A stretch of DNA of 64,000 nt from an uncultured virus (IMG/VR IMGVR_UViG_3300042358_000030) (Duplodnaviria > Heunggongvirae > Uroviricota > Caudoviricetes): IMG/VR virus record IMGVR_UViG_3300042358_000030, positions 1 through 64,000 of that record; one strand, given 5' to 3'. Shown here piece by piece: positions 58,984-64,000 of the stretch. The notes beneath the pieces were generated by a model. That model did not search any database. It was given only the letters and a program-made list of their open reading frames with translations, and had not been told where the DNA came from. The translations under genes were made by a program, and so were the position numbers. Positions within the stretch are counted from its first letter, which is position 1. Each line of letters opens with the position of its first letter.

Positions 58984-59803
58984 AAAATAATATAAGGTCT
59001 TTAATTTTATCTCTTGTTAGCCAAGGTTTTTTATCAAATGGTAAAGTGGTGTCTTCAATTATATCGTAATCTTCAATTTTATTATTAAACACCAACATAT
59101 CAAAATCAAAAACATCTAACACCATTGATATGATATCTTTTTTCGGATGTATTGAATTACTAACAATGTCAATTTGATTATCATCGTCCACTTTAACGGA
59201 AGAATATTTAAAAGTTAACTTGTCTGTTAGTAGTACATCAAATAATTGATTACAGATGTATTCTGAATAGTATAACTCTTGTCTACCCATACTTAAACTA
59301 TATCCGTGAGGAAACTCCGATGAAATATTTAATGGTGAGTATGTGTAATAATTTAAATTAGAGGTGTCATCTTCAGAATAATCTAATTCGTATTCTAATC
59401 TATTGTTATTATACGATATTGAATTAAATTTAGGTTGGGGATTATCAATTAAATCTTTGATTATACCTGAATGATATATTGGTCGTGAAGAATTATGGAA
59501 ATCAAAAATATATTCAAGTTTTTTGGATAATTCAGTATTATATATAATAACATCAATAATATTTAAATTTTTATATCCAAACTCTTCCATTAAGGATTGA
59601 TATTCTTTATAGAATCCCTCTTTAATGATTACCATATCCAATATTTTATCTGAATTGGTTAATCCATTTACTATGAAAAATTTACCACAATCGGTAACTT
59701 CAATAACAACATCATATTGATTGGTTTTGTTTATCTCTTTTACTAAAAAGTCTGCGAATAGGTTTACAATCCCTTTATTTGAATTTTCATTTACGTATTT
59801 CAT
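58982..59803 (-). CDS. Degenerate S-adenosylmethionine synthetase (MetK)-like protein
   Basis: Hydrophobic pattern aligns by eye with the MetK N- and C-terminal domains (HG...R..YY.EYI...L.D; MVLDVFDF; KPW), but GHPDK, GAGDQG and GGGAFSGKD are absent. Confidence 0.55.
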   Translation of the reverse strand: MKYVNENSNKGIVNLFADFLVKEINKTNQYDVVIEVTDCGKFFIVNGLTNSDKILDMVIIKEGFYKEYQSLMEEFGYKNLNIIDVIIYNTELSKKLEYIFDFHNSSRPIYHSGIIKDLIDNPQPKFNSISYNNNRLEYELDYSEDDTSNLNYYTYSPLNISSEFPHGYSLSMGRQELYYSEYICNQLFDVLLTDKLTFKYSSVKVDDDNQIDIVSNSIHPKKDIISMVLDVFDFDMLVFNNKIEDYDIIEDTTLPFDKKPWLTRDKIKDLILF

Positions 59804-59851
59804 ATTTTTAAATTATATGAAAGGATATACAAATTAAATTTAATTATAAAT

Positions 59852-59880
59852 GAAAAAAGGGACAAAAAATCCCTTTATTT
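59852..59880 (-). terminator. Terminator downstream of the small minus-strand ORF
   Basis: aaaggga-caaaaaa-tcccttt hairpin with flanking A/T runs. Confidence 0.55.
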
Positions 59881-59896
59881 TTTTAAACACATAATA

Positions 59897-60055
59897 TTAT
59901 TTTTTAGTATAATATCTCTCAACAACTTTACGAATAGATTCTTGTATTGGCTGAGTTTTTGGTGTTTGAGCCTGAACCTGCTGTAGAGTTTGAGATTGAC
60001 TTGATTGTTGTGTCGTTTGTGTTTGTTGTGCTTTGTTTTTACATCCGCAACCCAT
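59897..60055 (-). CDS. Small Gln/Thr-rich protein, 52 aa (MGCGCKNKAQQTQ...RYYTKK), not in the ORF track
   Basis: Translated by hand; TATTTAT upstream on the minus strand (60084-60090) and a terminator downstream. Confidence 0.6.
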   Translation of the reverse strand: MGCGCKNKAQQTQTTQQSSQSQTLQQVQAQTPKTQPIQESIRKVVERYYTKK

Positions 60056-60145
60056 GATAATTTTTATTTAAACGTTTATAACAATAAATATCTACCTTTT
60101 ACGTTAATTGTAAAGATTTATTTTTAATTACTGGTATTTATTAAT

Positions 60146-61516
60146 ATGAATAAGAAAATGATTTTAACAAATAAAGAATTATTACAAGTTGTAAAACAAA
60201 TTGTTGAACAAGTTGAGGAAGAATATTATAAAATATCTCCTGAAGAATATTTGCAATTAATGTCGTTAGGTAGTTATCACGGTAAAGCAATAACTAAAAT
60301 GAAAAGATTTGAAGGTAAACCATTATGGATAACCGGAGATTTAAGTCTTGAAGGAACCCCAACAGATAACTTGGGAAATGTTGCTTATGTTGATGGTTCA
60401 TTAAATATTAGTAATACTAAGGTATCTAATCTTGGTGATATGAGAGTTAAATCATATATTAGTGATAGGGACACTCCTCGTGAGAAAATTAGAGAGAGAC
60501 AAGAACTTTTGGGTAAACAAGCTGAGATGGATTCTAAAAGAGAAGATGATGAATGGAATTTTCAAAACCATGATGAAGAGGGATTAAAGGCTATGGCGTT
60601 ATTAGAATGGCTTGAAGGTGAAGGTAGAGTTACAGTATTGAATGATGAACAAAAAGAAGAATTAAGTTTGTTAACTCAACAATTAGAAGAACTTAATGCG
60701 GATTATGATGATGAACATAGAGATGGTGACCCAGATGAGAATGTGGAAATATTAAATAAAATTGAAGATGTTGAGGAGAGAATTAGTGAATTAACAGAGG
60801 ATGTTGCTGACATATATGATATGTATCCAGTATCAAAATATAGTCATTATGGTTTAACCTCATTCGAAGTTTTAGTTGATGGGTTTAGAGATGAGGAATA
60901 TTCGGTGGGAACCCACGATGAAATGGATAAAGCTGCATTAGAGTATGCTGAAAGTTATGTTGATGATATTGGTGTTGATGGGTTTAGTAAAGGTTTTATT
61001 GATGATTATTTAGATGAAGATGCTATTGTTGAATTTGCTAGAGAAGATTATGAATATCAAGTGAGGGAGAATCCTGAAAGTTATTTTAATGATGATGATT
61101 ATGAATTGACTTCGGAGCAAGAAGAAAGAATAGAACAACTTGAATCTCAAATTGAGGATTTGGAACAACAAAAACTTGAATTAGATTCGGATGATGAAAA
61201 TTATTATGACTACGAAGAAGATTTAGATAATCAAATTGAAGCACTCCAAGAGGAATTAGATAATATTGAAGTTGATACTGAACCAACCGAAGATATGATT
61301 GATAATATGGTTGAGAGTTTAGTTAGAGACGTAAGAAGAGACCCTATTGGGTATCTTAATGATTATGGGTTACCTGTTAAAGAATATGTTGATGAATCAG
61401 CTTTAGCTCAGGGATTAGTTGATTCCGAAGGTTGGGGTTTTATGAATAGTTATGATGGTAATTATGATAGTGTTGATATTGCCGGTGAGACTTATTACGT
61501 AATGAGAATTAATTAA
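60146..61516 (+). CDS. Highly acidic coiled-coil protein with a short GDL/GSL solenoid-like segment
   Basis: Very D/E-rich; ITGDLSLEGT...VDGSLNISNT; TATTTAT upstream. Confidence 0.6.
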   Translation: MNKKMILTNKELLQVVKQIVEQVEEEYYKISPEEYLQLMSLGSYHGKAITKMKRFEGKPLWITGDLSLEGTPTDNLGNVAYVDGSLNISNTKVSNLGDMRVKSYISDRDTPREKIRERQELLGKQAEMDSKREDDEWNFQNHDEEGLKAMALLEWLEGEGRVTVLNDEQKEELSLLTQQLEELNADYDDEHRDGDPDENVEILNKIEDVEERISELTEDVADIYDMYPVSKYSHYGLTSFEVLVDGFRDEEYSVGTHDEMDKAALEYAESYVDDIGVDGFSKGFIDDYLDEDAIVEFAREDYEYQVRENPESYFNDDDYELTSEQEERIEQLESQIEDLEQQKLELDSDDENYYDYEEDLDNQIEALQEELDNIEVDTEPTEDMIDNMVESLVRDVRRDPIGYLNDYGLPVKEYVDESALAQGLVDSEGWGFMNSYDGNYDSVDIAGETYYVMRIN

Positions 61517-61564
61517 AACTATTCCTTTTTCCAATCTTTTCCCGTATATTTTAAATAATATAAT

Positions 61565-62332
61565 ATGGAAATGAAACAGAAAAATAAGAATAAATTTATA
61601 ATGGACACCGATTGGTTATTTGACGGCATTTTAGACGCTGAACAAAAACAATATGTATTATTAGATTACTTCCAAAAGATGAACAAACATCTTGAAAGGA
61701 TGGAGGTCTACCCAATGTTTATTGAGCTTTCATTACACTTGGGTAATATACAAACCTTACTAACGCAAAACAAAATTTTATATGTTGATAAAAAATTAAC
61801 ATCAAATGATGATGAACTAGTATTGTCTGATTTAAAGGTTAAAGATATTCCTGTTCTTGACGATGAGGAAATTATTGAATATCAAAAAATATTAAAAAAT
61901 AGTCAACCACAACTACATGACTATTTTAATTTTGCAAAATCAATATGGAGTATTGTTTATGATTCTATTGATGTTGTTGTAAAGAAAAACAAAAATAATT
62001 TACAAAATAAATCAGGTTTTTTTTACTTTAAATTACCTGAAGAAATGTTTATATGGCAATATACCACAAGAAAGGTGTATAAGACCAAAAATCAAACAAA
62101 AACATCTTTAAAATTAATTTTCAAAGGACAACAGGGTAGTTTGACTATTCCGGAAATTATCTCTACATTTTCAAAAACATACGAAAAAAATAACGAAATG
62201 GATTATCCAATATTTGAAGTTTTTTGTAGTGACATCTTTCCGTTAAAGGAAACATTAGTTCCAATTTTTAAAAGAAAAATATTATCATATATTAATCAAA
62301 ATGTCAAAATAACAAGAAAACTATTATCATAA
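61565..62332 (+). CDS. Hypothetical protein
   Basis: 255 aa ORF. Confidence 0.55.
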   Translation: MEMKQKNKNKFIMDTDWLFDGILDAEQKQYVLLDYFQKMNKHLERMEVYPMFIELSLHLGNIQTLLTQNKILYVDKKLTSNDDELVLSDLKVKDIPVLDDEEIIEYQKILKNSQPQLHDYFNFAKSIWSIVYDSIDVVVKKNKNNLQNKSGFFYFKLPEEMFIWQYTTRKVYKTKNQTKTSLKLIFKGQQGSLTIPEIISTFSKTYEKNNEMDYPIFEVFCSDIFPLKETLVPIFKRKILSYINQNVKITRKLLS

Positions 62333-62514
62333 TGGACAAAAAACAAATTAAAGTATTAATGGATAAGTTGAGACGACCAATTCATATTAGTTACGTTTCA
62401 AAATATATTCTTAGACAGAATCTTGAAGAAACAAAAAAACAATTGGATATTTTAATATCTGAAGGATATGTTAAAGAAAGTGGTATTAGTGAAGGGTATT
62501 ATGTGGCTATCTAA
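62332..62514 (+). CDS. Small winged-helix-like protein
   Basis: Helical pattern ending in L..LISEGYVKES...GYYV. Confidence 0.4.
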   Translation: MDKKQIKVLMDKLRRPIHISYVSKYILRQNLEETKKQLDILISEGYVKESGISEGYYVAI

Positions 62515-62722
62515 AAAAACATATTACATCGGTAGTGGTTGTAGTCAGACAATAATTAAAATTTTTAATTACTCCGTATTGTTTAGTATTTCACCTGTTG
62601 GGTGGTCAATTAGATTTAATGGTGGGTTCGGAATTAATGTAACCACAAAACCACTATTCTCTGTTAGAAATGGTTATAAAAAATCCCTTAAATTGGGTAA
62701 ATATTATATAGTAAAATTATGA
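62501..62722 (+). CDS. Hypothetical protein
   Basis: ORF between coupled genes; ATG at 62501 or an upstream start at 62468. Confidence 0.35.
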   Translation: MWLSKKTYYIGSGCSQTIIKIFNYSVLFSISPVGWSIRFNGGFGINVTTKPLFSVRNGYKKSLKLGKYYIVKL

Positions 62723-62958
62723 GTGAAAATAAAGAAATGGTGAACCATCCATTACATTATGGTGGTGAAGATAACCCATACGAGGTTGTTAAAGTATGTG
62801 AGGCTTGGGGTCTTGACCACGATGCTTATATCTTCAATGTCGTAAAGTATGTTGCAAGAGCGGGATTAAAAGATTCGGATAAAGAAATACAAGATTTGAA
62901 GAAAGCTTTATGGTATTTAAATCGTAAAATTGAAAATTTAGAAAAAAACAAAATATAA
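62719..62958 (+). CDS. DUF3310 family protein
   Basis: MVNHPLHY...NVVKYVARAG.K...DLKKALWYL. Confidence 0.8.
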   Translation: MSENKEMVNHPLHYGGEDNPYEVVKVCEAWGLDHDAYIFNVVKYVARAGLKDSDKEIQDLKKALWYLNRKIENLEKNKI

Positions 62959-62963
62959 AAATT

Positions 62964-63146
62964 ATGGCGAAATTAGAAAAAATTGAGACAACAACTTATG
63001 TTTATGAATATGAGTTATCAGATGACGAGTATCAACAATATTTAGAAGACGAAGATGCGTTTTGGAGTACGTTTGAAGAAAATTGGGAATTAGTTGATGA
63101 GGATGTGGATTCAATACCAACTGAAATTAATTTACTTGATGAGTAA
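62964..63146 (+). CDS. Small acidic hypothetical protein
   Basis: 60 aa, D/E-rich. Confidence 0.5.
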   Translation: MAKLEKIETTTYVYEYELSDDEYQQYLEDEDAFWSTFEENWELVDEDVDSIPTEINLLDE

Positions 63147-63444
63147 AGTGACTGTCGATATTGACCAATATGCGGAAGGTGCGATTCTATTGGATGGGTT
63201 AGAAAGTGCTATTATAGGTATTGTTGAGGACTTTGGTTCTCCGGGAAGAAAAATCTTATATTCAAAACAAAGAATATTAGATATTCTACAAGAAAGGGAT
63301 TTAATGCTTTATGGAGAAGCGGAAGAGTTTTATGATTATAATATATTAGGGTTATACGCGGGTGAACAGAATGCGGTTTTCTTGGACCAAAGTTTAGAAC
63401 CAATTAAAAATAAAGAAAACGAGTGGGAATACCACGCAAAATAA
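63139..63444 (+). CDS. Phage hypothetical protein
   Basis: LLDGLESAIIG...EAEEFYDYNILG.Y.GE pattern; ATG at 63139 likely. Confidence 0.55.
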   Translation: MSKVTVDIDQYAEGAILLDGLESAIIGIVEDFGSPGRKILYSKQRILDILQERDLMLYGEAEEFYDYNILGLYAGEQNAVFLDQSLEPIKNKENEWEYHAK

Positions 63445-63448
63445 TAAA

Positions 63449-64000
63449 ATGATAGAAACAGGAAAGATAATTAATGGAGATTGTATTGAGGTAATGAAAA
63501 CTTTCCCGGAAGGTTCAATTGATTTATTGGTGACATCACCACCCTACGGAGTTAACATCAAATATGATGTTTATAATGATAGTATTCCTATGGATGAATA
63601 TTGGGATTTTACAACGCAGTGGTTAACAGAATCTTATAGAGTATTAAAAGATGATGGTCGGATAGCAATCAACGTTCCTATAGAAATTAACGTACAGGAA
63701 AGAGGTGGTAGAATATTATTCAACGCAGAGTTTTGGATGAAAATGAAAGAGGTTGGGTTTAAATTTTATGGAATGGTTGACCTTACAGAAGATAGCCCAC
63801 ATAGAGTTAGACAAACAGCTTGGGGTTCTTGGATGAGCGCAAGTTGTCCTTACATCTATAATCCTAAGGAATGTATTATTCTAGCTTACAAGAAAACTAA
63901 TAAGAAATTAACCAAAGGGGAGTCTCAGTGGTTAGGTACACCAACTGAAGTAACTACAGAAGATGGTAAAACTAAAAATAAAATGGTTTATCAGGACGAA
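63449..64000 (+). CDS. DNA methyltransferase (beta-class N4C/N6A), truncated by the window end
   Basis: Hand translation MIETGKIINGDCIEVMK...IDLLVTSPPY...RVLKDDG. Confidence 0.85.
   Translation, partial: MIETGKIINGDCIEVMKTFPEGSIDLLVTSPPYGVNIKYDVYNDSIPMDEYWDFTTQWLTESYRVLKDDGRIAINVPIEINVQERGGRILFNAEFWMKMKEVGFKFYGMVDLTEDSPHRVRQTAWGSWMSASCPYIYNPKECIILAYKKTNKKLTKGESQWLGTPTEVTTEDGKTKNKMVYQDE

Noticed and set aside
1..64000. Stop-codon reassignment as seen in some large phages
   Set aside because: Code 11 gives long, tightly packed ORFs; TAG (1883) and TGA (51374) end plausible genes
1..64000. tRNA, rRNA or structured ncRNA genes
   Set aside because: Intergenic gaps are short and AT-rich, and the larger ones hold small ORFs; no cloverleaf recognised by eye (tRNAscan/Infernal would be decisive)
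1..64000. Eukaryotic giant virus or cellular origin (DnaJ, LRR, plant-like GT)
   Set aside because: Baseplate wedge genes, a bacterial sigma factor, Bacteroidota promoters and rho-independent terminators indicate a bacteriophage

Overview
This AT-rich, gene-dense window looks like part of a large (probably jumbo) tailed-phage genome with a contractile-tail baseplate. The host is very likely a Bacteroidota: there are several TTTG-N19-20-TAnnTTTG promoters, a Bacteroidota-type RpoD-like sigma factor, SprB-type repeats, an Hc1 histone-like protein and A-rich ribosome-binding regions without Shine-Dalgarno sequences. Bases 1-35 kb hold virion genes in two convergent blocks meeting at a bidirectional terminator near 19.86 kb. 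They include baseplate wedge proteins, PKD/SprB-repeat proteins, mucin-like Thr/Pro linkers and a Gly-repeat fibre, with a lipase-like gene, a homing-endonuclease-like gene, RuvC and a glycosyltransferase interspersed. Bases 35-44.7 kb encode replication and recombination functions (primase, exonuclease, Mre11/Rad50) and the sigma factor. Bases 44.8-50 kb carry putative lysis and head-associated genes. Bases 50-64 kb are accessory genes: Hc1, DnaJ, two DNA methyltransferases, LRR, PcfJ-like, thioredoxin, glutaredoxin, a degenerate MetK-like protein and DUF3310. The best candidate novel system is a glycosyltransferase resembling plant peptidyl-Ser/Hyp O-glycosyltransferases (SGT1/HPAT), sitting among virion genes with long Thr/Pro tracts, which suggests phage-encoded virion O-glycosylation. 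Other notable signals are an apparently catalytically dead MetK-like protein, a TATTTAT putative late-promoter motif and a family of possible capsid-targeting leader motifs. All family assignments come from motif recognition by eye; no searches were run.
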